Source: a virus (Duplodnaviria > Caudoviricetes). From it: DNA of 64,000 bases. The DNA is taken from the IMG/VR virus record IMGVR_UViG_3300026493_000002. One strand, 5' to 3'. The notes below the pieces were generated by a model that searched no databases, was not told the origin of the DNA, and was given only the letters and a program-made list of their open reading frames with translations. The stretch's first letter is position 1; every line of letters begins with the position of its first letter. The position numbers and the translations under genes are program-made. Shown in pieces: positions 17,234 to 27,283 of the stretch.

Positions 17234-20200
17234 TTACCAACCGAAAGCAACCCAGTGTGCACCGCGCCAGTTGGACGACGCGCGGCCGGGCTCATTGACG
17301 TAGATGCGGAAACTCACGTTCGACGGTGCGGCAAGAACCTGACCGACGGCATCGTGGTTGTCACGCTGATCGGGGTTGATATCCGACAGGATGACAGTGG
17401 CACACGCCGACGGGAAGTTGACCGGGAACGGCACGGTGATGATCGAGCCTTCACCCATGTTGGTACCAGTCGTCCAGCGACCACCCTGGATGTGGAACGG
17501 ACCGATGCGAGCCCACCATGCGTTGACGTTCGTGAAGTTGCCGTCAATGCCGATCATGGACATATCAATGCCAAGGTTCGCACGCGCAGCAGCCTTGTCG
17601 GGCACGTCAGCCAGATTCAGTGCGGCACGCAGGAAGGCACCAGCGTTCTCCAGTGCGGCAGTACCGATGCCGAGGTTCGCACGCGCTGCGCCCTTGTCGG
17701 GCACGTCAGCGAGGTTCATGTTCTTGAACAGCACGTTGCTGGCCAGCTGGTTCAGCAGGTCGGTAATGCCCAGGTTGTTACGTGCAGCAGCCTTGTCGGG
17801 CACGTCAGCCAGATTCAGCACCCTCTGGAGGTAGCGAGCGTTCAGTGCCGCTTCGCCGAGACCCAGATTCTGTCGTGCAGCTTCGACGTCCGTCAGGTCA
17901 CTCAGGTTGTTGGTCGACTTGAGATAACCGGCGAGGATCGCGTCCAGATCGGCACGCAGCACCAGTCGCGTCTGCGGAGTACGGGTGACGAAGTGGGTGA
18001 TCTGCAGGTCCAGTCCAATCAGCGAAGCATCGGGCGTGTTGACGAACTCCAGGAACGAGAACAGGTTCTGATTGAGCAGCCCGAAAATGTCCCAGCTGAT
18101 GATGCGTGCAGTGGTCGCAGCCACCATGTCCAACTTGTCGTCCAGGATGCCACGCATGGCGTACGTCTTGGCGGTCGAAATCGGATGGATGATGCTGTAG
18201 GCCTTGACCTGCTTACCCAGCTCGTTCGCGTCCTCGTAGGTCCAGAGATACACTTCCTTGCCGGCCGGGATCTGCGTCGGGAAGTTCAGCACGCCATTGG
18301 CAGCCGAGTACGAATGAGCATTGGTCGGGATGAACTCACCGTCGACCATCACGATGCGCGAATCAGGGTTAGCCGATTGGTGCATGTTGAAGGCGTTCTG
18401 GCCAGTGGACACGAAGCGCGTGGCCTTGGGACGAGCCGACGTACCCGGATGGTCGATGGACGTGAAGCAGATGACTTCGACGCGCTCACCACCAGTCAAC
18501 GTCTCATGCGGCCAGATGTTCATGCCGTCATAGACGAACTCGGTGTTGTGGATGATCTTCTCATTCACAGCCACGATCAGGTGCGAGATATCCGGCACCG
18601 GAGTGATTGGGAAGCTCGGCTGGCCCGAAGCGGTGAACGTGTGACGACGCGGGATCAGCTTGTTGGGCATACCCATCGCACCAGCGGGATCAACCCACTG
18701 CGGGCCAGTGTCACGACCCACACGCGACTGCACGACTTCGGTGTTCTCGGCCGTGAAGTTCAGCACGTCAACCACGGTGCTATTCAAGCCAGCACGCATG
18801 ATGACGCGACGGCCCTGAATGCGGTAGCGAGCGCGAGGCAGGTACTTGCCGCCGACGAACACCAGCACGTTGCGCGGGCCGGAGATATCGGCACTGGACT
18901 CGAACTCGATACGGTTGGCACCAGCTGCGACCGGGAAGCTATCGCGTGCCATCGAGCCGCGAATGTCGTCCGAGAAGGTGTTGCCACACACCAGCACGTA
19001 CACGTCACCGCTCTGGGGCTGACGGCCGGCGGTGAAGATCACCTTGGCGCCAACGAGGGTGTAGTCGTCGCTGGGCACAACCGTATCGGCGGCGATGACC
19101 ATGACCTTCGCCTTGGTATCAGCCACCATCGGCGTGTTGTACTCCAGCTGGCCAGTAGCCTTGTACTGCGCTTCCTGGAACGACAGCTGGGCGCCAGTGT
19201 CTTCGCGCTTGAAGCCCCACAGGCTGATGCGAGTCGTGGACGATGCACCGCCGATGATGCGAAGCACTTGGCCGCTGATCGAATACTGACCCGGAGCCAG
19301 GATGTTGTCGCCGACGCTGACGATCAGAGCCTCAGCAGACTCCAGCTCGGACAGCGGGAAGGTACCCGGCAGGTTGTACGTCTCGCCGTTGTTGCCCATC
19401 ATCGCGTGCTGATGCGGCTGCAAATGCGTTGCGCTCAACGTCGAGGTGGTGACCGAGTAGTTGTTCTCGCCGACGCCCAGTACCATGTAGTCCGGCAGGC
19501 CAGCGTTACGTGCCGGCAGCGAACTCTCATGCGAACGCCAGATGTGGACGTAGGAGTCCTGATTCATGGACGAGAACGGCTGGTCGATCACGGTGAAGCG
19601 ATTGGCCGTTGCGTTGTACTGCATCTTGCGGCTTTCACCAGCGCCTGCGCCGGACAGGATCTGCACGATGACGACTTCGCCATCGGTGAGCCACACGCCA
19701 TTCGCGGCCACGTCCAGATTGAACGCGCTCAGCGAAGTGACCACGTCGGGCTTGCCGATATGGACACGGGCGTGACCGGTGAAGCCCCACGCAGTGCCGC
19801 CCGGACCGTGCTTGATCGCCAGTGCAGGACTGGAGGAGGTGCGAGGCATACCGCTCAGCACTTCATCCTCGTGGGTGTTCGCGTCCATGACGACGACCAC
19901 GTTCTGCATCGAGTCCGTGGGGTTGAGCAGGGTGGACACGCTGGCCGCACTCGGAAGCGAGTACAGATCCGACGTGGTGATGTTGATGACTTCGCCGAGA
20001 CGTGCCAAGGACACGTACACGTAGAACTTGAGGCCGTACTCCGAGGTCTTCGGGAACGGCGGCAGATCACCATGAGCGAACAGGACGCCGTTGGCATCCC
20101 ACACGCCGATTTCGCCGACGTTCCACTGGCCGTCAGCAGGACGACCCTTGGGAATGTGGCAAGTCAGACGGACGGTGTTCTTGTCGATAGCTTCGACACC

Positions 20201-20368
20201 GAGGATGGTAGCGCGATAGACTTCCGCGCCGACGAGTTCCGTACGATCAGCCCGCACCTCGAAGCCAGTGGCCTCGGTGATGGAGAATTCCTTGAGACTG
20301 ACGAGGAATCCGCCAACACGCGCGTCTCGCGCTGCGGCAATACCCAAGTCGGTTGCAATCATGGTCAT
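17234..20368 (-). CDS. Baseplate-attached tail fibre, 1044 aa
   Basis: Follows baseplate I; N-terminal fibre-attachment-like segment (EIGVWDANGVLFA); repeated beta modules; NL.D..D..AAR.NLG repeats; C-terminal IQGG...FP..FP tip motif. Confidence 0.85.
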   Translation of the reverse strand: MTMIATDLGIAAARDARVGGFLVSLKEFSITEATGFEVRADRTELVGAEVYRATILGVEAIDKNTVRLTCHIPKGRPADGQWNVGEIGVWDANGVLFAHGDLPPFPKTSEYGLKFYVYVSLARLGEVINITTSDLYSLPSAASVSTLLNPTDSMQNVVVVMDANTHEDEVLSGMPRTSSSPALAIKHGPGGTAWGFTGHARVHIGKPDVVTSLSAFNLDVAANGVWLTDGEVVIVQILSGAGAGESRKMQYNATANRFTVIDQPFSSMNQDSYVHIWRSHESSLPARNAGLPDYMVLGVGENNYSVTTSTLSATHLQPHQHAMMGNNGETYNLPGTFPLSELESAEALIVSVGDNILAPGQYSISGQVLRIIGGASSTTRISLWGFKREDTGAQLSFQEAQYKATGQLEYNTPMVADTKAKVMVIAADTVVPSDDYTLVGAKVIFTAGRQPQSGDVYVLVCGNTFSDDIRGSMARDSFPVAAGANRIEFESSADISGPRNVLVFVGGKYLPRARYRIQGRRVIMRAGLNSTVVDVLNFTAENTEVVQSRVGRDTGPQWVDPAGAMGMPNKLIPRRHTFTASGQPSFPITPVPDISHLIVAVNEKIIHNTEFVYDGMNIWPHETLTGGERVEVICFTSIDHPGTSARPKATRFVSTGQNAFNMHQSANPDSRIVMVDGEFIPTNAHSYSAANGVLNFPTQIPAGKEVYLWTYEDANELGKQVKAYSIIHPISTAKTYAMRGILDDKLDMVAATTARIISWDIFGLLNQNLFSFLEFVNTPDASLIGLDLQITHFVTRTPQTRLVLRADLDAILAGYLKSTNNLSDLTDVEAARQNLGLGEAALNARYLQRVLNLADVPDKAAARNNLGITDLLNQLASNVLFKNMNLADVPDKGAARANLGIGTAALENAGAFLRAALNLADVPDKAAARANLGIDMSMIGIDGNFTNVNAWWARIGPFHIQGGRWTTGTNMGEGSIITVPFPVNFPSACATVILSDINPDQRDNHDAVGQVLAAPSNVSFRIYVNEPGRASSNWRGAHWVAFGW
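17586..17818. repeat. 33-codon-period fibre repeats, including an exact 35-nt duplication (17586-17620, 17784-17818)
   Basis: gcagcagccttgtcgggcacgtcagccagattcag twice; partial third copy at 17692-17710. Confidence 0.9.
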
Positions 20369-20401
20369 GGTGATGATTCCTTGGCGAAGCGATATGTTGA
20401 A

Positions 20402-21076
20402 TCAGGTCAGGGTGATTTCGTACTCACCGTGATGGAAGGCGGCGCCGATGCCGAAAGCCGAGCCACCAACCCAGTCCTTGTCGTCAATGATGATCGTGAA
20501 ATAGAAACGCTCGATCACCAGCGGGACAGGTGCAAAGTTGTGGAACAGGGCCTTGACACGGGTGAATAGGGATTCGCCGTCAGCCAGCAGCAGAGAGTCA
20601 AGATGCAGCAGACCGATGTTCAGTTCAATGTGGGTCGTGAGGAACCAATCGCCGCCGTCGATGACAAGCGGGCCATTGGGTTGCTCCACGAAGTCCGCAT
20701 AGTCCTTGGTGTAGAGATACCGAACGTCGGTCACGGCGTTCAGGATCATATCAACGAAGTTGACGAAGTACTTGGTGCTGTTGTGGTCCGGATAGTGCGG
20801 CAGCTGGGTAACGATCTTGGTCAGGTTCTCCGCGTTGAGGTACAACACGTCCTGCGTCAGATCGAAGCCCAGCATACGAGCCGCCTGCTCCAGCACCTTC
20901 GGGTCGGTATCACGTCGGATCCAACGCAGCTTAGCCAGCTGGTCGATCGGATCCTCAACGTTCACCTGGAACACCTCAGCAACGGCGGAAGCGAAGTCCC
21001 GCCACGTGCTGTTCTCTTTCAGGATGTTGGTGAAGAGGTCCTTGATGCTCGCGCGTTGAATGTCATCGAGTGCCAT
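20402..21076 (-). CDS. Baseplate wedge protein (P2 gpI-like)
   Basis: Position after J-like gene; LEQAARMLGF motif. Confidence 0.7.
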   Translation of the reverse strand: MALDDIQRASIKDLFTNILKENSTWRDFASAVAEVFQVNVEDPIDQLAKLRWIRRDTDPKVLEQAARMLGFDLTQDVLYLNAENLTKIVTQLPHYPDHNSTKYFVNFVDMILNAVTDVRYLYTKDYADFVEQPNGPLVIDGGDWFLTTHIELNIGLLHLDSLLLADGESLFTRVKALFHNFAPVPLVIERFYFTIIIDDKDWVGGSAFGIGAAFHHGEYEITLT

Positions 21077-21083
21077 GGAGTCC

Positions 21084-22547
21084 TCACTTACGGTCGCTGT
21101 AGGTGCGGCGTTCCGAGTAGATCATGTTGACCTCGAGGGTAACGAGATTCCACCAGGTGTACGGCGCTTCGGGTTCGATTTCCGGATCCAGGAAGAAGTC
21201 GGAGGTCGGCGTGTTCATCTGCACGTAGTCCACGTCGTCCACGTCGGCAGCGGCGATGATATCCGACACCGCGATACGCTTGCCCAGCGTATTGATTTCC
21301 TTTTCAAACAGGGACTGGATGGCAGCGTACACGACAGGGTAGACTTCGCCCGGAACTGCGTTCTGCTTCAACGCGATGGTCAGCTTGACATTCACGTCAC
21401 GCCGCGTCGGGTTGTAGCGTTGGATCTGGACAGCCGCGTGCTTGCGGGTCTCGATCCACTTCATGAAGTCGTCCCACTCGATGTTCGTAAGCACGTCACC
21501 GTCGTAAGGCAGCAGACAGATGCGGACCACGTTCATCCACAGGAGGTTGCCGGGCGCAATGTCCTTCTGGGCCTTGACCTCGGCGGATGCAATGCCGGGA
21601 TAGTCGGCACACAGCGCCTTGTAGTCGTTCGGGATCACGGCACGACGGCGCGCACGATAGATCGACGGCGCCAGATTGCGGTAGAACGATGCGGGCTTTT
21701 CATCCGCACCACCCACGATTGCGGTCGACGACAAGCCCTGAATGTCAGAGTCGGTCACGTAGCGAGAATCGAGACCGCTACCACCGTTGTTGCCCGTGCT
21801 GCCAGTCGTGACAGCGTAGACCACTTCGATGTTGTAGCCGATGCTGGGCATGGCGCCATGCGTGCCGTCACCGAACGTGAGGACCACATCACCGTTGCCG
21901 TCCGTACGGTCGTAGAAGACGGTGGCGCCGGGCTCAGCGATCCACAGGCCGTCTTCGGTCTTGGTCCACGTGTCGCGCGTCTGCTGCGTGGTGTTGACCA
22001 AGTAGACGTTGACGTCCTCGTCCGAAACAACGAAGCCCGGCTCGTTCAGGGAAATCTCCTGGAACGATACCGAGCGGCCAGCGAAGGTGCGCTTGCGAAT
22101 CTCACCCTGATACAGCACGATGGGTGCGGACGTGGCCGAGCCCGACGCAAAGGTCAGGGGCTCACGGTTGAAGAACATGCGGCCATCGACCTGGAAGGCA
22201 GAGAGACGCGGAATGACGATCGGGACGATCAGGTTCTTGGTGCGACGGAAGGTGACTTCGACCTTGGCGGGCGTCTTGCGCTTGACGTGCACGCCGAGGA
22301 AGTCAGCACCTGCGTAGATCGAGGACGCGCGCTGTGCGGTATACAGGAACGCTTCACGGAAGTTCATTTCCGTGGCGAACTGATTGAAGGCACCGACTGC
22401 GGACACCGCCTCGATAAGAGCCTGACCAGTACCCGAAGTCTGCTGATCGACCCATGCGCCCTTGGTCAGCAGGTAAAGCTGCAACTGGAGGACGATGGAC
22501 TCGAAGTCGGGCTTGGTCTGGGAAATGCGAAGTGGTACGCCGCTCAC
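21084..22547 (-). CDS. Baseplate wedge protein (T4 gp6 / P2 gpJ-like)
   Basis: TAQRASSIY, FGDGTHGAMP, GGADE, RAVIPNDY motifs. Confidence 0.92.
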   Translation of the reverse strand: MSGVPLRISQTKPDFESIVLQLQLYLLTKGAWVDQQTSGTGQALIEAVSAVGAFNQFATEMNFREAFLYTAQRASSIYAGADFLGVHVKRKTPAKVEVTFRRTKNLIVPIVIPRLSAFQVDGRMFFNREPLTFASGSATSAPIVLYQGEIRKRTFAGRSVSFQEISLNEPGFVVSDEDVNVYLVNTTQQTRDTWTKTEDGLWIAEPGATVFYDRTDGNGDVVLTFGDGTHGAMPSIGYNIEVVYAVTTGSTGNNGGSGLDSRYVTDSDIQGLSSTAIVGGADEKPASFYRNLAPSIYRARRRAVIPNDYKALCADYPGIASAEVKAQKDIAPGNLLWMNVVRICLLPYDGDVLTNIEWDDFMKWIETRKHAAVQIQRYNPTRRDVNVKLTIALKQNAVPGEVYPVVYAAIQSLFEKEINTLGKRIAVSDIIAAADVDDVDYVQMNTPTSDFFLDPEIEPEAPYTWWNLVTLEVNMIYSERRTYSDRK

Positions 22548-22945
22548 GTAATGTTCCTCCTCAGGTTGAAGTTAAAGTCGACCCGCGCGTTTTCCAGCTG
22601 CGGCATCCAACCCGAAATGTTGAGATAGTACATGTCGTTGTCATAGTCGGGAATGACTTCGACCGCTTCGATTACCACGCGAGGTTCTTGCGCGGCGATT
22701 TCGTTCATGAGCTGGTTGCGCATACGTCGCGCCGTAACGTCGTCCAGAGGATCGAACACCAGATCCAACAGGTTGCTTCCGAAGTCACGCCTGAACGGCC
22801 GGCTGCCTTTGCGGGTAGTGATGATGTTGATGATCGACTGCTGGACCGCCTGTTCGTTCAGCACCAACTCGTAGTTGCTGCGCGTGCCAAGGCTGATGTT
22901 GACGTCCGAGTAGACCACCTCGCCTTCCGGAGAGATAGATGCCAT
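22544..22945 (-). CDS. Baseplate gp25 / GpW-like protein
   Basis: AVQQSI.NI.TT.KGSRPFRRDFGS...EPRV motif. Confidence 0.93.
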   Translation of the reverse strand: MASISPEGEVVYSDVNISLGTRSNYELVLNEQAVQQSIINIITTRKGSRPFRRDFGSNLLDLVFDPLDDVTARRMRNQLMNEIAAQEPRVVIEAVEVIPDYDNDMYYLNISGWMPQLENARVDFNFNLRRNIT

Positions 22946-22951
22946 GAGTGC

Positions 22952-23236
22952 TTACCCGATTAGAACCTTGGGAGTGCCTTGAGCGACACGCGACCCGCAG
23001 TTGATTGGATCACCGACCCGCATCTTCTGCTTGCCGGATGCGAATACCTTGGGAGAGCCCTGCTGGGCTGTGCCGGGATGGCAACTGCTACCACGACAGT
23101 GGACAGCGTACGCATCGCCAACACAGACCACGCCCTTGCCAGACGCGAACACCTTAGTGCTTGCGCTGATCGAAGGGCGTGGCGGATAGCCATCATGGCC
23201 GGTGCAAATGTCACCGAGACGTGTTACTTCGGGCAT
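22952..23236 (-). CDS. PAAR-like spike tip protein, 94 aa
   Basis: RLGD.CTGH, VGD...HC, RVGD...CG motifs; AAGGAG RBS places the start at MPEVTRLG. Confidence 0.92.
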   Translation of the reverse strand: MPEVTRLGDICTGHDGYPPRPSISASTKVFASGKGVVCVGDAYAVHCRGSSCHPGTAQQGSPKVFASGKQKMRVGDPINCGSRVAQGTPKVLIG

Positions 23237-23262
23237 GATGGATTCTCCTTCTCTGTTGGTTG

Positions 23263-23272
23263 AAATTACGAA
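23263..23272 (-). promoter_or_regulatory. Putative late promoter TTCGTAATTT
   Basis: 27 nt upstream of the PAAR start. Confidence 0.75.
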
Positions 23273-23280
23273 GACCAGGA

Positions 23281-24033
23281 CTACGGCGTCTGGCCACGTA
23301 CGCCTTCCCACGCGGGGAAAGTGGGTGCGGCCGGCGCAGATGCACCGCTAGAGCCTCCGCCGCCGTCATCGTGGATCTGACCACCAGCATCACGCATCGC
23401 GTTACCGCCTGCATACGTCTGATGGGTACCGCCAGCTTCCGAGTTGAGGTTGCCGGACGCACTGTCCACGATGTTGGACGCGAACTTCTGTGCGTTGCCA
23501 GTGACCACCAGGGTGTCGTTGCCATCCACGAACGTGGTACGATTGCCCTTGACGTGTTCGACAAGGTTGCCATCGACCTTCACCCACGCATCGCCAGTCA
23601 CGTAGAAGTGCAGGTCACCCTGATTGCGGATGAACACGTCCTCGGAGGTCTTGTCGATGATGATGAGGCTACCACTAGGCCACAGGGTAACGTCGCGGGT
23701 CGGGTAGTTGACAGATGCCTCAGGCAGCTTGGTCGTCTCGTCGATGAAGTAGCCCTTCCACATCGGATGCAGAGGACTACCGTTCTGGAACTCGACCAGC
23801 ACCTTGGCGCCAATCTCGGGCACAGCGAACTTGCCGTGGTTGGCGCTACCGCCACCAGGATGGGCGAGACTCACGATTGCCCACGGCAGGTGTTCGTCGC
23901 TGATGCCCTCGAACACTTCTGCCACTCGGATGCGCAGACGACCCCATTCCTTGGGATCCTTGTTGTCGATGACCGTTCCGACCTTTGGCGCTTTGCCCAA
24001 GCCGGACTCTGTTTCTTCACTGCCGATCATCAT
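23281..24033 (-). CDS. Central spike (gp5 / VgrG / gpV OB-fold plus beta-helix), 250 aa
   Basis: GTVIDNKDP..GRLRIRV, LPWA, VPEIGAKVLVEF.NG motifs; VxG repeats. Confidence 0.9.
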   Translation of the reverse strand: MMIGSEETESGLGKAPKVGTVIDNKDPKEWGRLRIRVAEVFEGISDEHLPWAIVSLAHPGGGSANHGKFAVPEIGAKVLVEFQNGSPLHPMWKGYFIDETTKLPEASVNYPTRDVTLWPSGSLIIIDKTSEDVFIRNQGDLHFYVTGDAWVKVDGNLVEHVKGNRTTFVDGNDTLVVTGNAQKFASNIVDSASGNLNSEAGGTHQTYAGGNAMRDAGGQIHDDGGGGSSGASAPAAPTFPAWEGVRGQTP

Positions 24034-26192
24034 GCGCTCCTGGTGTAGTTGTATTCCTCGTTCTGGCGTCCGCTGGTGTCGATGTACGAAACCATTTCGG
24101 CCAGCTTGGACTTCAACTGGTCAGCGCCCACGCGAGCAACGGTATAGCCGCTCTCGGGTGCCCACTGGTAGTTGCGAGAATCGTCCTTGACCTGCAGCGT
24201 GTCTGCCATGCGCGACTGCACGTCGGACACCGTCGGCGTCTGCCTCGAAATCTCGTTGATCGGGGTCGCCACCGGAGTGACCGACTGACGAACCGAGTCC
24301 TCGAAGTAGAAGCGATTGAGCTCCAGGTTGGGCACGCTCAGATTGGGCGTCTCGCCAGTCACCGTCTGGATCAGGCTGTTGTAGCTCGACGCCATGCTGG
24401 ATGCCTGAGACTGATAGCCCTGCACGATGCCGGTAATGTCACCGACCATTTCGTCGATCTGCTTGCCCGCACCAACTGCGGCGTCGAGCGGACCACGGAT
24501 CGCCTGGAACTGTGCGCCGACCGATGCGTACATTTCGGACGTGGACTTCATCACCTGGGTGATGCCGAGCATCGCGCTGACGTTCTCCGCAACACCAGTC
24601 GGGCGGAACATGGCGGCAGTTCGGCTGATGCCGTTGATGCCAGATGCCATGAGCTCCACGTTACCGGATCGAATAGCATCCGTTGCGGTCTTGAGGTCAG
24701 TGCGATAGTCATCCAGCGTGGACTTCAACTGCTTCAACGAGGCAGCGCCCGACTGGAGATCCTTGAGTGCCTTCTCCGGGTTCTGGAGATAGGTGCCCAT
24801 GTTGGACGTGAAGTTGGTCAGGCTCGGCAGGGTGAGCTTCGCGTTGTTCAGCACGTTCTCGGCCTTGGCCCGCACTGCGTTCAACTGACCTTCGATGCCG
24901 CCGACGATACCCATGATGCCCTTCGCGCGGCCGATGGTGTTCGCCGCAACGGTGGCACTCGGATCGACCAGCGTGTCGGGAATCGACGACTCCCGGGCGG
25001 ATGTGGGTTCGGAGGACTTCAACTCTGCTGCTCCCTTCTCGGTGATGGACATACGCACCAGTTCGATGCGCTCGCCGTAATGCTGGCCACCGACAACGAT
25101 GATGGTCTTGGCTACGACGATGTAGATATCGGAGTTACGGACAGGACGGGCCGGATCGGCATTCGCCTGCTTATACAGCACCGGATCGAACAGCTGGACT
25201 TCGGTCGGCTCCGAGATAAGGATCGACACGCGCTCACTGAACAGTGCCAGCTGACGCTTGTTCTGATACTCGGCCCGGTAATACTTGTCGTGGACATTGC
25301 CGCAGTCGATGGGACCGTAGCTGATCTTCGCCCTGCCGACAGTCTGTGCCACCTGATCGTTGATGGCCAGATACGGTGCGCTCGTCTTGACGTCCACTTT
25401 GTCTTCGACTTGCGTGACACCACTCGGACCGTCCACGATCTGGGTAGAGCCGTAGTTCGCCATCGAGTTCATCAGGCCAGCATCGGAGCGTTCCTTCGAC
25501 TGGTCAACACGGTACACCTGCTTGCTGCTGTCGGGATCACCCTCGCCGATGTTGTGCAGGAAGACGTACTTGATTTCTTCCATGGGCGTCGCAACCACGT
25601 CCAGCAGGTTGCGGAACTTGAGGACACCCAGCGAGGTCAGGGCCGCGTACATGGCACTGAACTCGTCAACGTAAGCGTAGGGCGCCACGTTCTGCTGCAC
25701 GAACGCACCGCGGTTCTTCGACACGGACAGCCACACCTGATTGTCCACGGTGCCACGTCCGTTGAAGTCCTCGGGGCCGTCGTAATCGAGCTTGCACTTC
25801 TCGGCCAGCTGCTTCAACACCGCCGAGGATGTTCCCTCGTAGGAATCGCGCGCAGATTCCGTGGTGTACTTCGGAGCATCGTAGATGCCCAGCACCTGCA
25901 GACGGGGGCCGGCTTGACCCGCCATCTGCATGACCGAGAACAGTCGGTACTGGCGGGTGATCGTTTTCAGATCGTTCGGCGTTTTGCCAACGGTGATCAG
26001 GATCTCATTACCGTCCGTGAGACAGAGTTCCTTGGTCAACGTCTGGCTGTTGTCGTTCAGGATCATCATCAGGCTGGGCGCTGTGCAAGCCGTGCCCTCC
26101 AGCAGAGCCAGAGAGCTAACCAAGTTGGCGCCGTCCAATGGCTTGCCGTCGATCTTGATTTCGATGTAGATGCGACCTTCAATGTTAATCAT
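24030..26192 (-). CDS. Baseplate hub protein (gp27 / gpD-like) with long helical C-terminal extension, 720 aa
   Basis: Position before the spike; N-terminal beta-rich hub-like part; C-terminal half helical. Confidence 0.65.
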   Translation of the reverse strand: MINIEGRIYIEIKIDGKPLDGANLVSSLALLEGTACTAPSLMMILNDNSQTLTKELCLTDGNEILITVGKTPNDLKTITRQYRLFSVMQMAGQAGPRLQVLGIYDAPKYTTESARDSYEGTSSAVLKQLAEKCKLDYDGPEDFNGRGTVDNQVWLSVSKNRGAFVQQNVAPYAYVDEFSAMYAALTSLGVLKFRNLLDVVATPMEEIKYVFLHNIGEGDPDSSKQVYRVDQSKERSDAGLMNSMANYGSTQIVDGPSGVTQVEDKVDVKTSAPYLAINDQVAQTVGRAKISYGPIDCGNVHDKYYRAEYQNKRQLALFSERVSILISEPTEVQLFDPVLYKQANADPARPVRNSDIYIVVAKTIIVVGGQHYGERIELVRMSITEKGAAELKSSEPTSARESSIPDTLVDPSATVAANTIGRAKGIMGIVGGIEGQLNAVRAKAENVLNNAKLTLPSLTNFTSNMGTYLQNPEKALKDLQSGAASLKQLKSTLDDYRTDLKTATDAIRSGNVELMASGINGISRTAAMFRPTGVAENVSAMLGITQVMKSTSEMYASVGAQFQAIRGPLDAAVGAGKQIDEMVGDITGIVQGYQSQASSMASSYNSLIQTVTGETPNLSVPNLELNRFYFEDSVRQSVTPVATPINEISRQTPTVSDVQSRMADTLQVKDDSRNYQWAPESGYTVARVGADQLKSKLAEMVSYIDTSGRQNEEYNYTRSA

Positions 26193-26201
26193 GGCGCTGC
26201 C

Positions 26202-26549
26202 TTAGATGGAGATTACTCGCTGCACGCGAGAGTTGCTGACCGCGTTCTCCGTGATCACTGCCGCGATGGAGGTCAGGCTCGGGATCTTGAGCTTGGTGCC
26301 CTCAACAATGTCCCGATACGACGCGATGCCGTTGTAGCCCATGATGATCCACCAGAGCTTCTCCTTGCCGTACTTGCGCTTGGCAATGAGGTCAGGTGCA
26401 CCACGTTCGTCCTGCGATACCTCGTGGTTCGTGTAGGACGTGATCTGCAACAGCTTCGGCAACACTCGGTCCTTGAGTGCGTCGATACCGTGTTCGTCGG
26501 CGACCGTGGAGAAGAAGCGGTCGAACTTGTCGTCTAGCTGCTCGGCCAT
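26202..26549 (-). CDS. LysM-like baseplate protein (gp53 / gpX-like)
   Basis: PDLIAKRKYG...LWWII..YNGI...LKIP motif. Confidence 0.8.
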   Translation of the reverse strand: MAEQLDDKFDRFFSTVADEHGIDALKDRVLPKLLQITSYTNHEVSQDERGAPDLIAKRKYGKEKLWWIIMGYNGIASYRDIVEGTKLKIPSLTSIAAVITENAVSNSRVQRVISI

Positions 26550-27280
26550 GATTGCCCCGCGTAAAAGATTTTCTCAAGGTCTTCACCGGTAATGCAACCG
26601 TTGTAGGTCATGAAGCCCAGGTTGATCGTCATAGCGATCGGGATGCCGTTCTCGTCCAGCAGGGTGACCACATCGGTACCCACGCTGGTGATGACGACAC
26701 TCTCGAAGTACAGGTAGCTGCCGATGTACACCGCAATGCGACGGCCTTCGGTGGCACCGTTCGGCTGGTTGTTGATGAGGCGTGGACCCGGCGCTTTCAG
26801 CACTTCGCCTTCGGACGTGGGAGCAGCCAGCTTCAACAGAGCAAGCTGGCGTTCCTTCACTTCCCGCTCCGTGTTCTCGTTGGCGTAGAACACCAGGTCG
26901 AGGTTCATCTGGAGCGGAGAGGTCGATTCCCACACATGCACATGCTGCGACTTGGTCTTGTTACCGATACCAGCCGCACCGAGTGCCGCATCAACGAACT
27001 GGCCGCTGCCGGCAACCAAGCCGTCGGCAGCGCCACCAGCAGACGCCTGAGCAAAGGGCTGGCCCCACTGCGAACTCAGTTCCATGTGGAAGCGTTCGGG
27101 CAGATGCGCACGGATCGGGAAAATCTTCCGTGCACTACTGCCTGTCGGCTTGATTAGTGCTTCATCACCGAACACTTCCAGCAGCACGTCGTAGTGCTGA
27201 CTGGTTGCGGGCACCGAGTAGCCGTTATCGGGCCGGACTGCCGAGCCGATGTTGGCCAAAATGTCAGATGCGTTGGCCAT
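26534..27280 (-). CDS. Baseplate tail-tube initiator-like protein
   Basis: Position between TMP and LysM-like gene; VITSV...D.NG.P motif. Confidence 0.55.
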   Translation of the reverse strand: MANASDILANIGSAVRPDNGYSVPATSQHYDVLLEVFGDEALIKPTGSSARKIFPIRAHLPERFHMELSSQWGQPFAQASAGGAADGLVAGSGQFVDAALGAAGIGNKTKSQHVHVWESTSPLQMNLDLVFYANENTEREVKERQLALLKLAAPTSEGEVLKAPGPRLINNQPNGATEGRRIAVYIGSYLYFESVVITSVGTDVVTLLDENGIPIAMTINLGFMTYNGCITGEDLEKIFYAGQSWPSS

Positions 27281-27283
27281 CTA

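Noticed and set aside
6879-20368. Diversity-generating retroelement or CRISPR array behind the repeats
   Set aside because: No reverse transcriptase or cas gene in the window; repeats are in-frame coding repeats, without adenine-specific differences or unique spacers.
6868-22955. Identical 15-nt GTAAGCACTCATGGC stop-start junction at 6868-6882 and 22941-22955
   Set aside because: Largely constrained by stop and start codons; probably a common translational-coupling spacer with no evidence of mobility.
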